A stretch of DNA of 64,000 bases from Candidatus Latescibacterota bacterium (GCA_965219455.1 OZ244744.1:1504001-1568000), one strand, 5' to 3'. Positions 1 to 10,803 are shown, numbered from the stretch's first letter. Notes: generated by a model not told the origin, from the sequence alone. A program made the numbers and translations.

Positions 1-360
1 GAAGAAATAGCGGCTAGTCGGTTTGCAGGCAATGTCTTGTTGAACGGCCGCGCCGAAGAACTAGCTCAAGCATGCATAACTTCCGCAGGGGGTCACGTAG
101 CGCGGCTGAAGAGCGTCGTGCCAGAGGTCGCCAAGCATGAAAACGTAGGAGTTGGTGCGCTTTCCAATTACCTTGCATTTCGACTTTCGCTGAAGGACAT
201 CAACTGGTGGGGCGCAGCTGCAAATCTTCAGCTGCAAGCCGCCGACCCATGGACCACTGCCCGAGACGTATTCGTGGAACGGTTCCCGTTCGAATTCAAA
301 GATGACATTGACCGTGATCTTCTAACCCAAGCACTAAGTAGTGAGGCAACCTACGAATAA
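1..360 (+). CDS. C-terminal part of a probable ImmA/IrrE-family metallopeptidase (5' end outside window)
   Basis: Frame 1 is open from base 1 (EEIAASRFAGNVLL...). The E-x-x-A-x-x-F-A-x-x-x-L-L pattern is typical of ImmA/IrrE proteins; HExxH is not visible in the window. Confidence 0.45.
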   Translation, partial: EEIAASRFAGNVLLNGRAEELAQACITSAGGHVARLKSVVPEVAKHENVGVGALSNYLAFRLSLKDINWWGAAANLQLQAADPWTTARDVFVERFPFEFKDDIDRDLLTQALSSEATYE

Positions 361-491
361 GGAACTCGCTGCAGAACGTGGTATGACGTGATACCGCCGG
401 ATAAAGCGGCCAGAGAAACCGGCTGTGCAAACGAAGTGGGCATACGGTTGGGAAGCCAGACACGGAACCATGAGACAGGGCAGAACGAACT

Positions 492-905
492 ATGACCATA
501 TCAACTACCAAACTGACGTCAGCAGTTGAGAGCTACTTCACAAACCTTCACCAAATCCGCGCTACGGGCGGCGGAACCGGCGAGCGGTCAAGTTATGTAC
601 CGCTGGCCAATCTCCTTAACGCCATTGGAAAGACGCTCAAGCCGAAGGTGTTTTGCGTAAGCGAATTGGCAGACCAGGGCGCCGGGCATCCCGATTTCGG
701 GCTTTACACGGCTAACCAAGTACAGAAGGGGCGTCCGCGCCAGGGACAAACGCCGGAACGGGGCGTAGTGGAGGTGAAGCCCCCTGCCGAGGAACTAGGC
801 GCTGACGGCGTCCGCGATCAGGTCGGGCGCTATCTGAAGAGGTACCACCTTGTGCTGGCAACAAATTTGCGTGAGTTCACTCTCGTCGGCTTGGACGCTG
901 AGGGT
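492..905 (+). pseudogene. 5' fragment (~138 codons) of a type IIG/ISP-like R-M gene, paralogous to 11053..14409
   Basis: Translation is nearly identical to the N-terminus of the 1118-aa enzyme (GGGTGERSSY..LANLLNA.GKTLKPKVFCVSELADQGAGHPDFGL..). Homology stops at ~905. Confidence 0.9.
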
Positions 906-1551
906 TTTGCTGAATCGATGCCGCGTGTATCATTTCCACGATACATCGCCGACTTCGAGAGTCCGGCAATATGGTTACATTGGAGACAACCGCTGGCTTA
1001 AGCCCGACGCGGGCAACCTGGCAGCTATACTTTGCGCGCTCAAGTCCAATAGTGAAACCGACTACCGGCGTATTGTGACCGCCATCAGGCAGGTGGCGCC
1101 GTTCTTCGATGACTTCGATCTGGAGCCCGCCGATTCACGGGACGTCATTCTCAATTGGCGGCATCGCGAATCCGATCTTGTTTTCGGCCCTCATCAGCTT
1201 TCGGACGGTACATTGCGAGCTATCTGTCTGATTTCGCTACTGTTACAGCCTGCTGAGAAATTGCCGTCTCTGATTGTGGTGGATGAACCGGAACTCGGAC
1301 TGGACCCCTGTGCTGTTGATGTGATTGCCTCGCTGTTTCGTTCCGTAAGCCAGCACGCGCAGGTGCTCGTCAGCACGCAGTCCAGCGCATTCGTCGACAG
1401 CTTCGAGCCGGGCGATATCGTGGTCGTGGAACGAAACAAAGAAGCCACGGAGTTCGAGAGGCCCCAGGCCGAAGCGCTCGACTCATGGGTGGAGGAATAC
1501 GCGCTGGGGGAAATCCGGGAAAAGAACACCGTCGGCGAAGGGCCGGATTGA
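901..1551 (+). pseudogene. 3' half of an ABC/AAA_21-type ATPase (Walker A half missing)
   Basis: YHFHDTS, LSDGTLR signature, Walker B VVDEPELGL, STQS. No N-terminal Walker A; starts abruptly at the junction with the R-M fragment. Confidence 0.85.
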
Positions 1552-1557
1552 GGGCTC
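1414..1557 (+). repeat. 144-bp direct repeat, copy A (3' tail of the AAA ATPase gene)
   Basis: About 10 mismatches (manual count) versus 2866..3009. Confidence 0.9.
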
Positions 1558-1565
1558 GACACCTG

Positions 1566-2018
1566 TCAATGCGCAGTTCTTCGCTCGCCAGGTCTGGCAA
1601 GCCATCGTTCGACGTGGCGAGCAAACGTCTCGAAGTCATCCAGTTGCCGGACGAGGAGTTGCCCGATCAGATCGAGGTCGACGTCAAGGTAGCCGTGGAC
1701 GAGCACGTTGCGGAAACCCGCCACAGCCCGAAAGTGCGCTGCGAAATCATCGGGTAACACGTTCATCTCTGCAAGTCGGTCAATGGCGGTTGCGTAATCC
1801 GGCGCATCAAGGCCGGCGGATAATGCCAGATGGGTTGCTACGTCGAGCGCGTTCTGGGCACAGAGATGAAGGCCGCGTTCGACTAACCAGCGAAGATCGG
1901 AATTGTCGCGGAGCTGAGCGGCCGTCGTATCCGAATGCCGACGCAAGTTGCCAACCGCGAAACTCAATGCGGTGAGGTGCCGCCGCACGACAGAGGGATT
2001 CGGTAGTCCGGGAGTCAC
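1566..2018 (-). CDS. hepT: HEPN/DUF86 ribonuclease toxin (type VII TA)
   Basis: FRNVLVHGY RxxxxH motif, ~150 aa, overlaps the nucleotidyltransferase gene by 4 bp. Confidence 0.9.
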   Translation of the reverse strand: MTPGLPNPSVVRRHLTALSFAVGNLRRHSDTTAAQLRDNSDLRWLVERGLHLCAQNALDVATHLALSAGLDAPDYATAIDRLAEMNVLPDDFAAHFRAVAGFRNVLVHGYLDVDLDLIGQLLVRQLDDFETFARHVERWLARPGERRTAH

Positions 2019-2443
2019 CGTTCACCACCGAAGCGAAAACGCCACACCGCATCCATTTTTGCAAGCTGGGGAACAAAGTCGCAGTATCGGGAAACCGCAC
2101 GGCCTTCCCGCGTCGTTGTCGCCGCCAAATCACGGGACAAGACACGTATGCCGTCGCGCAGCACATGGTAGTACAGAGTTGGAGGGGCCTGGTTGAGAAT
2201 CAGGAGATCGATGTCGTTGCTGTGGAGGCCGGCCATGATCTCTGTGATGAGTTGTGCCCGATACCCGAATGTGCTCTTTTCAACGACAGTTTCATCGATG
2301 TAAACGGCGACGTCGATGTCGCTGTGGGACTGTGCCCGGCCGTGCGCGCGCGAGCCGAATAGATAAGCCTCAAGAACCTCCGGGCGAGGTTCGAGCAGGC
2401 TCGCGATTCGCTGGTTCAGGATCTGGCAGGATTTCATTTGCAT
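2015..2443 (-). CDS. mntA: Minimal nucleotidyltransferase antitoxin
   Basis: LFGSRAHG..SDIDVAV (GS-x10-DxD) and IDLLILNQAPP motifs; start codon uncertain. Confidence 0.88.
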   Translation of the reverse strand: MQMKSCQILNQRIASLLEPRPEVLEAYLFGSRAHGRAQSHSDIDVAVYIDETVVEKSTFGYRAQLITEIMAGLHSNDIDLLILNQAPPTLYYHVLRDGIRVLSRDLAATTTREGRAVSRYCDFVPQLAKMDAVWRFRFGGER

Positions 2444-2569
2444 GTCGGCGGTCTGTGTCGGCAAGGGAAACTTTCGCCGGCAGGTGACAGGTTTCATGCC
2501 GGCCATATCCGAAACATATAGGAATTAGGGGCAAAGTTCAAGTGTCGCAGACACCCGGAGCCTTGAAAG

Positions 2570-2673
2570 ATGCGTATCACGACCAACCCAGCGACCCGAT
2601 TGACGACTGCAGTTGAGAGCTATTTCACTGACCTTCGACGAATACGTGCGACCGGCGGAGCAACCGGCGAGCG
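2570..2673 (+). pseudogene. Second, shorter 5' fragment of the type IIG/ISP-like R-M gene
   Basis: Translates MRITTNPATRLTTAVESYFTDLRRIRATGGATGER, matching the starts of the genes at 492 and 11053. Confidence 0.85.
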
Positions 2674-2865
2674 ATTGCAGACCGAGGCGCGGGCCCTGGA
2701 GCGAGTTGAATCGAATCGTTGGAGCAGATAGCCACTGGCCCTTCCACGGACAACAAGCGGGATGCGTCCAATGCGGGTCTTTTGCTGAATTTTTCCGGGC
2801 CATCCAGTCGGCCAGGGGCGTGCCACGCAGAGCGCAATGCGTCTTTCGACGTTATAGTACGGGAG

Positions 2866-3009
2866 GACATCGCGGTCGTCGAACGAAATAACGAAGCCAC
2901 GGAGTTCGAAAGGCCCCAGGCCGAAGCGCTCGACTCATGGGTGGAGGACTACGCGCTCGGGGAAATCCGGGAAAAGAACGCCGTCGGCGAAGGGCCGGAA
3001 TGAGGGCTC
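2866..3009 (+). repeat. 144-bp direct repeat, copy B (isolated AAA ATPase 3' tail)
   Basis: DIAVVERNNEATEFERPQAEALDSWVEDYALGEIREKNAVGEGPE*, ~93% identical to 1414..1557. Confidence 0.9.
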
Positions 3010-3265
3010 AATGCACGAATCCTGGAGCGAGTTTAATGGAATGGTTGGGGGAGATAATCTCTCGCGCCGGATCGGCATTGCTTTTTTTCCATTCTCCTGA
3101 ATGTCTGAACGAACAGACACTTGCCGAAACAGTCTTGAAGCCGTACATGGTGAAAATTGGCGTCTATATGCAGAAACCCACCCTCATCATACCCTACCCC
3201 CTTTCCAAAGTGTCCAATTCTAAACCGGTTGTTCTGTCAAGAATTAAATCGTTCTTGACATTTCT

Positions 3266-6200
3266 ATGAGTTCTACTATGGCGCAGCCGAAATACTTGAA
3301 TCAAGGCGTCAATTATCTTGGCTTCCTGTCCAAACAGCTTGGCGACCTTCGTGGTATAACAACGCTGGCACATGAGCTTATCCAGAACGCGGACGATGCG
3401 AAGGATGATGCAGGCGTCTTCTCCGCCACGCGAATCACCTTCGATATCAGAGACGACGCTCTGATTGTCAGCAACGATGCAGCCTTCAGAGAGATTGACT
3501 TTGATCGGATGCGTGACGTTGCCGGTGGTTCGAAGCGCAGTGAAGAAGGTGGCCGCACGACTGGCGCATTCGGGGTAGGCTTCGTCTCCGTGTACCAGGT
3601 GACCGACAGGCCGGAGATTCATTCATCAGGCCGCCGGTGGACCATGCGCCCCGATGAGCCGGAAGACCAACGGATAGAACAGCATAGCGATTCCTCAATC
3701 ACTAAAGATAAAGGTGCTGTCTTCAAACTCCCGTGGGCCTTTGAGGAATCAGTTGTACGCCGCGAGTTAAAAGTCTCGCCGGTTAATCGAGACAGGATAG
3801 ATTCGTTTGTCAATGAGCTCAAGGATTCATTACCGAAGGCAATCCTGTTCCTGAAGAATCTCAACACAATCGAGTTGCGTCGCAGCGGCAAGTCTGTTAG
3901 ATGTGTAACAAGGGTCGTTGATGGGAACCAGATCATTGTCTACCATGACGGTGTACGCTTGACTTGGCGAATCGTAGAAGGTGAATTCATGGAAAATGCT
4001 TGGAACCTAAAGTCCCAGTTCCCCTCAGATGTTGAGAAAAATCGTGAAGACCGTGTACGGATCGCGATTCCTAATGCACTCCTTAACGATGGATTGTTAT
4101 ATGCGACTCTGCCAACTGAACAGTCAACGGGACTGCCGTTTCACATTGATGCAGACTTTTTTCCTGCCTCAGATAGAAAAGAAATCATGTTTGAAGACAC
4201 CCGAGACCACAGGTCGGAGTGGAACCGCGCGGCAATACACGCAGCCGCCACCGTGTTTAGAGACAACCTGGACCCGCTACGAGGCATATTTAGACAGGAT
4301 GCCTTAACCTTTTGGGCTGTCCTGAATTGCCTGCAGAATGTATACCAGGAGCACAGAGACAACATCCGGAAGCCGTTGGGAGCCTTCTGGAAGACGCTGC
4401 TTCCTTCCCTGCAAACTTCCCCAATTGTATATACAGAATCGGGAAAATGGCTCGAGCCGACCCAGGTCCGTATCCCGACAGGTTCCGAAGAAGAAGAGGC
4501 TGTCTCGGTGTTTGGCACTCTGGGTATAGAGATAGTCCATCAAGACCTATGGAAGTACCGCAATATCCTTACACGCAAGGACTTGGGCGTGGAAAAGGTA
4601 GCGATCAGAGATGTCTACGAAGCACTTGATATGAGAGAACTGACTGAACACCCTCAGCCTGTCCCTTGCGATTTTCAAAATCATGATAGCCTGGAACTGT
4701 TGTGTAAGGGAATTCACGGGATACTGAAAAATACTCCGGGTCAACCCGCGAGACAGGAGGCTGAACGGATGTTGAAGCAGTGCTCGTTAGCACCAGGATT
4801 AGATGCACGACTCTGGCCGTGTGGTTCAGTTTACCTAGCCGACAATCGTACTCGCGAAATCTTCGCCAATCTGATGCCACCTGACAGATCGTTCTTGGCC
4901 AAAAATCAGATCCCTTTGATGGATACGCTCTGCCCTCAATTCGGGATCAGTAGCGCTATTAAAGAGTTGGAACGTCTGGATACTGAAAGATTCAAGATAG
5001 CTTGGAAAGGCGGCAGTTTCGATCCGGTAGCCCTGCTCAGGTGGTTTGACGACAACAAGAAGGAGTTGTCAGAAGACAACAAGCTGCGTGAAAGACTCGC
5101 AAGAATCCCAGTTTTCCCATCTGCGGAAGATCTGCATCCACTGGACGCGTTGCGGCTGCCAGGTGGTTTTGATGACCCGTTGAAAGAGACTGACCTCGTG
5201 GATATGATAAGGCTTGGAGGTTTTAGAGATTTCTTGCGCTTTCTGAGTGCCAAAGAACTCACATTCACAGACTATGTAGAAAACTACGTTTCGCAAGCGT
5301 TTGCTCCCAACAGTGTTGTAAGCATGAAGGTCAAACACAAGCTCCTGGACATTCTGTCAACCCGCATCGGTGAGATTGGGCAGGATGAATGGCTAAAGAC
5401 CAAGCTCGCTGAAACAAACATCGTTGAATGTACAGATGGTGAATTCAGGCAGCCGAACGAAGTTTACTTCTCCTGTAAGGAGGTTCAAGAGGTCCTCAGA
5501 AACTCTGTCCACTATGCACGTCTTCCTAAAAAATCGGAGGGTAGAACAGAGTTCTATCGCTGGCTGGGCGTCGAGAGTCGTCCTCGCCCCTATGACGTAT
5601 CGCAATTCATAGACGAATTAACGGCCGTAACACCCAATCAAAACTCCACACACGTAACGAAGAGAATCCTGGAGATCATAGGAAAGACCTTCCCAAATCT
5701 TCCAGATAATGTGAAGAATTGCTATCGAGTCCTTCAAAGCAAAGCGTGGCTGCTATCCGAAAGTGACTCAAGTAAATGGTACAAACCTGGCCAACTCTAT
5801 GCTGCTTACAATAAGAACCTCTTCGAGTCCCAGGCACAGTTCATAGATTTGCCCGTCGGGATCCAGCGACGAATCAACGATTTCCTCAGATATTTGGGAG
5901 TCAATCTCAGCCCTCAGCCATTCCATGTCGTTCGCCATCTGCTTGAATGTTCTAAGGGTGACGATGTGCCCCCCAAAGGTATCTATCAGTGGTTGAACGA
6001 CAATACACAACCTGGCGACCTCAAGGAGTTGCGGGATCCCGCATGTTTTCGGGTTGGAGATAAGTACCTCCGGCCAGACCAAGTTTTCTGGGGTCAGCAT
6101 CATTTTGGCAGATTCCGCATCCAACTGGGGCCTGACCTTCTATTGTATCAGGATCTTCTCCGAGCACTCAACGTCAGAGAAATGCCTGATTACAGCGATG

Positions 6201-7813
6201 CATTCGAGGTATTGAAAGAGATATCTGAGGACATAGGAAACAATCCGCTGAGGGCCGATGACAGAAACGTTGTTTTTCAATGCTGGGTTATGTTGGCCGA
6301 ATCGCTTGAGCACGACAAGATCAATAGTGAAGACCTTAAAACTGAATTAAAAGACATCAAGTGTGTGCTAAATCCCGATGATATATTGTACCCGCCTTCT
6401 TGGGTGTTCTTCGAAGATCGTCCAGGACTTTTGGATAAGTTCTCCAACTTGCTCAGCAAGAATTCGATTAAGCGTACAGAACGTGTCTGGCCAGCGATGG
6501 AAGCTGCCGGGGTGAGGCCAATCTCGGCTGTAGTAAAGGGATTGATAGATGAAGATGATGTAAACCCAAGGGAAGATGAGAAACTGAAGAAACGAGTCAT
6601 AGAACGCACAGATCTCATTAAGACCATATTAGAGGGAGTGGCTGCTCACAGAATGGCCGATGATGCAGAGATCCAGCTTGACAATATCCGCTTCCTTGGT
6701 GTTGAAGAACTCAGGGTGACGTGGAAGCTACATGCCTTTGACCGGACCGAGTCTACCCAACCCGAACCATCCTCGGCGCATCTGGAAAGATCTAAGGAGG
6801 CCATTTACTTCGTTTTGCAAAGAGGCAGCTATCCATGGTCGGCCATTGCTCGCGAATTGACTCAAGCACTCGCTCCTGGGGATGAGATCAGTTCCATTTC
6901 CCCTGGGCTCAAGATCATCTTGGAAGCTGACTCTCGTAGAAATGCTGTAGCACAACTCGATGAGTTGGGCATAGCCCATATCCGAGAACTAAATAGCCCG
7001 GCAAGTCCCGGAATCATAGCAGGCTCCTTTGACGAGGCTCCTCCATCCCCTCAACAGCAGGAGGTGCCAACTTCTTCTCAAGACGGGATAGATCAAGACA
7101 CTCCACCGCCTGTTTCTGAGCCTACGCCTGCCGGGACAGGCGAACCTGCTGAGGAGGATCCCTTCGCAAAGAAAATCTTGGAAGTCCAAACACCCACCCC
7201 ACCCGACGCCCCTCACACTCCGGTGGTGATTCCTGAAGGAGGCGCCCAAACTGAGGAATCCGCTATAACAGACACACAAAAATCCGGGCAGTTTGGGAGG
7301 GCCGGAGGCCATGTTCGCAAAAAAGTTACGCAATGGGAACCGAAAGAGGTATCCAGAGAACTCGCCGATAAATTCAAAAAAATGGTGCATGGCGATTATG
7401 GGAAGCGGTGCCAAATTTGTAGCAAGTCGTTCAAAATGGACAACGACAAATCCCAAGTGTTCGTTATTCACGTCGTACAGCCAAGTGCGGATCACCGAAC
7501 GAATCACTTCGGGAATCTCTTGGGACTGTGCGGATGGCACTACGCGCTCGTGCGATATGGTGCCTGGGCTTTTTGGGACCCTGAAACCGATAAACCTTTC
7601 AAAGACGACGAAGGAGAAGGATGGAAGCGTATGCGGGATTTCGTGCGCGACGCATCCAAGGAAATAGACAGCGAAGGAAATACTTATGTCGGCCTGCGAG
7701 TCCGGTTTTCAAATGTGTATCAGGGGTGGAACTCCTTGCCAGATACAGTAACCGAAGAAATCCGCTATAGTATTCCGCACTGGAAGTACCTCTGCAAACT
7801 CCTCGCCACGTGA
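3266..7813 (+). CDS. Sacsin-like N-terminal GHKL ATPase with C-terminal putative HNH nuclease
   Basis: ELIQNADDA, TGAFGVGFVSVYQVTDRPEIHS, GLPFHIDADF (sacsin-N motifs); Pro-rich linker; YGKRCQIC..H..NHFGNLLGLCGWH (HNH-like). Confidence 0.85.
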   Translation: MSSTMAQPKYLNQGVNYLGFLSKQLGDLRGITTLAHELIQNADDAKDDAGVFSATRITFDIRDDALIVSNDAAFREIDFDRMRDVAGGSKRSEEGGRTTGAFGVGFVSVYQVTDRPEIHSSGRRWTMRPDEPEDQRIEQHSDSSITKDKGAVFKLPWAFEESVVRRELKVSPVNRDRIDSFVNELKDSLPKAILFLKNLNTIELRRSGKSVRCVTRVVDGNQIIVYHDGVRLTWRIVEGEFMENAWNLKSQFPSDVEKNREDRVRIAIPNALLNDGLLYATLPTEQSTGLPFHIDADFFPASDRKEIMFEDTRDHRSEWNRAAIHAAATVFRDNLDPLRGIFRQDALTFWAVLNCLQNVYQEHRDNIRKPLGAFWKTLLPSLQTSPIVYTESGKWLEPTQVRIPTGSEEEEAVSVFGTLGIEIVHQDLWKYRNILTRKDLGVEKVAIRDVYEALDMRELTEHPQPVPCDFQNHDSLELLCKGIHGILKNTPGQPARQEAERMLKQCSLAPGLDARLWPCGSVYLADNRTREIFANLMPPDRSFLAKNQIPLMDTLCPQFGISSAIKELERLDTERFKIAWKGGSFDPVALLRWFDDNKKELSEDNKLRERLARIPVFPSAEDLHPLDALRLPGGFDDPLKETDLVDMIRLGGFRDFLRFLSAKELTFTDYVENYVSQAFAPNSVVSMKVKHKLLDILSTRIGEIGQDEWLKTKLAETNIVECTDGEFRQPNEVYFSCKEVQEVLRNSVHYARLPKKSEGRTEFYRWLGVESRPRPYDVSQFIDELTAVTPNQNSTHVTKRILEIIGKTFPNLPDNVKNCYRVLQSKAWLLSESDSSKWYKPGQLYAAYNKNLFESQAQFIDLPVGIQRRINDFLRYLGVNLSPQPFHVVRHLLECSKGDDVPPKGIYQWLNDNTQPGDLKELRDPACFRVGDKYLRPDQVFWGQHHFGRFRIQLGPDLLLYQDLLRALNVREMPDYSDAFEVLKEISEDIGNNPLRADDRNVVFQCWVMLAESLEHDKINSEDLKTELKDIKCVLNPDDILYPPSWVFFEDRPGLLDKFSNLLSKNSIKRTERVWPAMEAAGVRPISAVVKGLIDEDDVNPREDEKLKKRVIERTDLIKTILEGVAAHRMADDAEIQLDNIRFLGVEELRVTWKLHAFDRTESTQPEPSSAHLERSKEAIYFVLQRGSYPWSAIARELTQALAPGDEISSISPGLKIILEADSRRNAVAQLDELGIAHIRELNSPASPGIIAGSFDEAPPSPQQQEVPTSSQDGIDQDTPPPVSEPTPAGTGEPAEEDPFAKKILEVQTPTPPDAPHTPVVIPEGGAQTEESAITDTQKSGQFGRAGGHVRKKVTQWEPKEVSRELADKFKKMVHGDYGKRCQICSKSFKMDNDKSQVFVIHVVQPSADHRTNHFGNLLGLCGWHYALVRYGAWAFWDPETDKPFKDDEGEGWKRMRDFVRDASKEIDSEGNTYVGLRVRFSNVYQGWNSLPDTVTEEIRYSIPHWKYLCKLLAT

Positions 7814-10803
7814 AGGATCTCCAAATGACCAAACTGCAAGCCAACAAAAAGGTCAGATACAAGACCGACCCGTCCATCGCCGGCTGGCTCGTCAGCATCT
7901 CTGGAGAAGGCGCCAGAGTCTTCATTGACGGGTCTGAGAAGCTCGTGCCTCTCACCGAGCTTGAGCCGGCCCCCGGCCTAACGGAGATGGGTCCCGATGC
8001 GTTCAGGACTGCCCTGACCCGGCGCAGGCTGGAGCATCCCTTGACGGACCAGTTTCTCTCATACAAGGCTTCCAGAACCGACCTTTACTACCATCAATTC
8101 CTGCCGGTCAAGAAGATGCTGGAATCGTCCGACCAGCGCCTCCTAATTGCGGACGAAGTAGGTACGGGAAAGACCATCGAGGCAGGCCTAATCTGGGCGG
8201 AACTGGAATCCAGAGCAATACACGGCCTTGAAAACGTATGGATAATCTGCCCCAAGTCCCTCGTGGGAAAATGGCAAGACGAGATGCTTCAACGATTTGA
8301 CTTCCGGCTCGAAACCCTGTCATCCGAAGGTCTTCGCCAAGCATTGGTGTCCCTAGAACGGGATGGTGTTCTACCTCCCAGGTTTGCCAAGTCCATAGTC
8401 AACCTGGAGCTCATCCGGGCAGAAGAGCATTTGGCAAGGTTAAGCGAAACGTCCATCGCATGGGACTTTGTCATATTCGATGAAGCCCACCATCTACGCA
8501 ATCCTGAAACCCTGTCGTATACCCTGGCTGCCTTCATTTGTGAGCGATCGAAGGCTGCGGTCTTCCTTACTGCTACTCCATTGCAGACCAGTCTGGACGA
8601 CATTGTTCACCTTATGGGAGCACTGGGCGTCGACGTAGCAACAGACCCCGGCCTGCTCGAAGATCAGATACGCTGGGATATGGAATTGAACGACTGGATT
8701 CGCTTAGTTAGGCATCAGCCGCCGGGGTGGAGGCAAGAGCAGGATCGCGTGATGCGTCGTCTGGAATCGGATGGAGGACGCGACCGGCCCGGCTGGGGCA
8801 AATTCCGGCAGCTTGTGGCCAAGTCAGACCTAGAAGACAGAGGGCAACGGACCGTCGCGGTCGAGGCGGCTCATGACCTGCAAGTGTTAAGCCCCTATAT
8901 GACGCGAACGATTCGTTCAGATGTGGACGAGGACAGGCCGACGCGAGAGGCCATTACAAGGGTTGTGAAATTTAGTCCCGAAGAAGAGACATTTTACAGG
9001 GAAGTCTATCGTATCTGTCTGGAACGTGCCTTGGAAAAAGGTGTACCCCCAGGATTTGCAACCCAAATGCCGGAACGCCGAACAGCAAGCTGCGTTCCAG
9101 CCGTAGCTTCGGAGATCCTCAGATACGCAACAGAACATGAAGACGAAGAGCATAGAGCGCGATTTACACCTGGTGAAATCGACGCCTTGGAACCGCTCGC
9201 GCGAGTTGCGCTGGGTTCGCAAGATCAGAAACTGGAAGCGCTTTACGAGATACTGGAGTACTTATTCGGTGAGCTGAAGACTGACAGGGTGATGATCTTC
9301 TCCACTTTCAGGGGGACCCTTCATTACCTCAAGGAGAAGCTCAGCGAAAAAAGCTATTCGCTGGAGCTAATGTATGGCCCTGTACCAGCCAGAGACGAAG
9401 ATTGCCGCCGCGGTGAAAAGAGCAGAGAACGGATTGGGGTAGAGTTTCGACGAGGCGACTTCCAGATCCTCCTCGCCAGCGAAGTCGCCGGTGAAGGCCT
9501 GGACTTCGAGCACTGCCATGTCGTCATAAACTACGATCTTCCCTGGAACCCTATGCGGGTCGAGCAGAGGATTGGCCGATGTGACCGGCTTGGTCAGCGC
9601 TCCGACAAGGTCTATGTCGGGAGTCTCGCCAGCACAGGAACGATCGAACAACGGATTCTGTCGCGGCTGTACGAAAGACTGGACATCTTCGAGCGTGCCC
9701 TTGGTGACATGGAGGTCATTTTGGGCGAGGAGGTCGCCTCGTTCGAGAGAGACGTGTTCACGCGTGGCTTGTCCACGCAGCAACAGGAAGAGCGTCTGGA
9801 GAGGATCAGCCAGGCAATAGAAAACAGAGAACAGCAACGGGAATCCATCACTCAGTCGAGCGTTATTTCCTTACAAGGTCGCCAGTTGATTGAGTCCGAC
9901 CAGCAAGAGATAAAAGAAGCTGAGGCGAGGTTCCTGTCCCCGGAAGAGGTGTCAGAGTTCGTCTATGCTTCTCTTGAGAGCCATCTTCCCAACAGCGTGA
10001 AGAGAGCCTCAACCAAGGGTGAATTCGAGGTCAACGGAACCAGGGATCTGAGGGATGCGCTCCAGGAATTACTGAGAAGTTATCCGGCTACTCACTATGC
10101 TCGGACCGAGATTGTTCGCTTTCGCACTCGCATAAACGAACAGAAAAAGACTAAGATTTCGTTCTTGGGAGATGGAGATGATATGGAATTCGCTCACATC
10201 CGGCACCCCTTGGTGCTTCTGGCGCGGCATCTGGCGCAAGAGCCGCTCTCCGAAATCCCGTATTGCCTGGGTGTGACCCCAACGATGGTGGTAGATAGTC
10301 CTACGATGCTGGTTTGGGCCGTGGGTTCACTTGAAGGCTACACGAACCGTGCCGAGCTTCTTTGTGCAACTATCGATTTCGCCACGGGCTCAGCCAGCCC
10401 TATCTCCGTCAATCAAGCACAAGAGTGGATGTGCGCGTTATCACCGCCTCAGGGTGAACAGGGCAACGTCGATGCCGACATAGAAACGCTAATGCTACAA
10501 GCCGAGCAGACTCTATTATCTCAATTTGACCGCCTTGCCACGACCTTCAAGTCGAGGAACGACCTGCTAATGGATAAAGCAAAACAGGCAGTGCGCTCTC
10601 ACGCCGAACGCACGCTCAGTCGGAACAAGCGTCAGCTATCACGGAACGACCTCAAAGACAACATAAGAAATCTCTATCGCGGCTGGAACCGGCGGATCGA
10701 GGCTGAGACGCAATCCAAGATGGATGAGATAGAGCAGAAGAGCCAGACCCGTTCATCTCTCGAGATAATTGGAGTGGCGATCATTCATCAAGAAAATAAC
10801 TGA
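7810..10803 (+). CDS. SNF2/RapA-like SF2 helicase
   Basis: IADEVGTGKT, DEAHH, TATP, DLPWNPMRVEQRIGRCDRLGQ; GTGA overlap with the upstream gene. Confidence 0.92.
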   Translation: MKDLQMTKLQANKKVRYKTDPSIAGWLVSISGEGARVFIDGSEKLVPLTELEPAPGLTEMGPDAFRTALTRRRLEHPLTDQFLSYKASRTDLYYHQFLPVKKMLESSDQRLLIADEVGTGKTIEAGLIWAELESRAIHGLENVWIICPKSLVGKWQDEMLQRFDFRLETLSSEGLRQALVSLERDGVLPPRFAKSIVNLELIRAEEHLARLSETSIAWDFVIFDEAHHLRNPETLSYTLAAFICERSKAAVFLTATPLQTSLDDIVHLMGALGVDVATDPGLLEDQIRWDMELNDWIRLVRHQPPGWRQEQDRVMRRLESDGGRDRPGWGKFRQLVAKSDLEDRGQRTVAVEAAHDLQVLSPYMTRTIRSDVDEDRPTREAITRVVKFSPEEETFYREVYRICLERALEKGVPPGFATQMPERRTASCVPAVASEILRYATEHEDEEHRARFTPGEIDALEPLARVALGSQDQKLEALYEILEYLFGELKTDRVMIFSTFRGTLHYLKEKLSEKSYSLELMYGPVPARDEDCRRGEKSRERIGVEFRRGDFQILLASEVAGEGLDFEHCHVVINYDLPWNPMRVEQRIGRCDRLGQRSDKVYVGSLASTGTIEQRILSRLYERLDIFERALGDMEVILGEEVASFERDVFTRGLSTQQQEERLERISQAIENREQQRESITQSSVISLQGRQLIESDQQEIKEAEARFLSPEEVSEFVYASLESHLPNSVKRASTKGEFEVNGTRDLRDALQELLRSYPATHYARTEIVRFRTRINEQKKTKISFLGDGDDMEFAHIRHPLVLLARHLAQEPLSEIPYCLGVTPTMVVDSPTMLVWAVGSLEGYTNRAELLCATIDFATGSASPISVNQAQEWMCALSPPQGEQGNVDADIETLMLQAEQTLLSQFDRLATTFKSRNDLLMDKAKQAVRSHAERTLSRNKRQLSRNDLKDNIRNLYRGWNRRIEAETQSKMDEIEQKSQTRSSLEIIGVAIIHQENN

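Noticed and set aside
492-1001. 169-aa ORF as a functional protein
   Set aside because: The last ~30 residues are out-of-frame read-through into the ATPase fragment.
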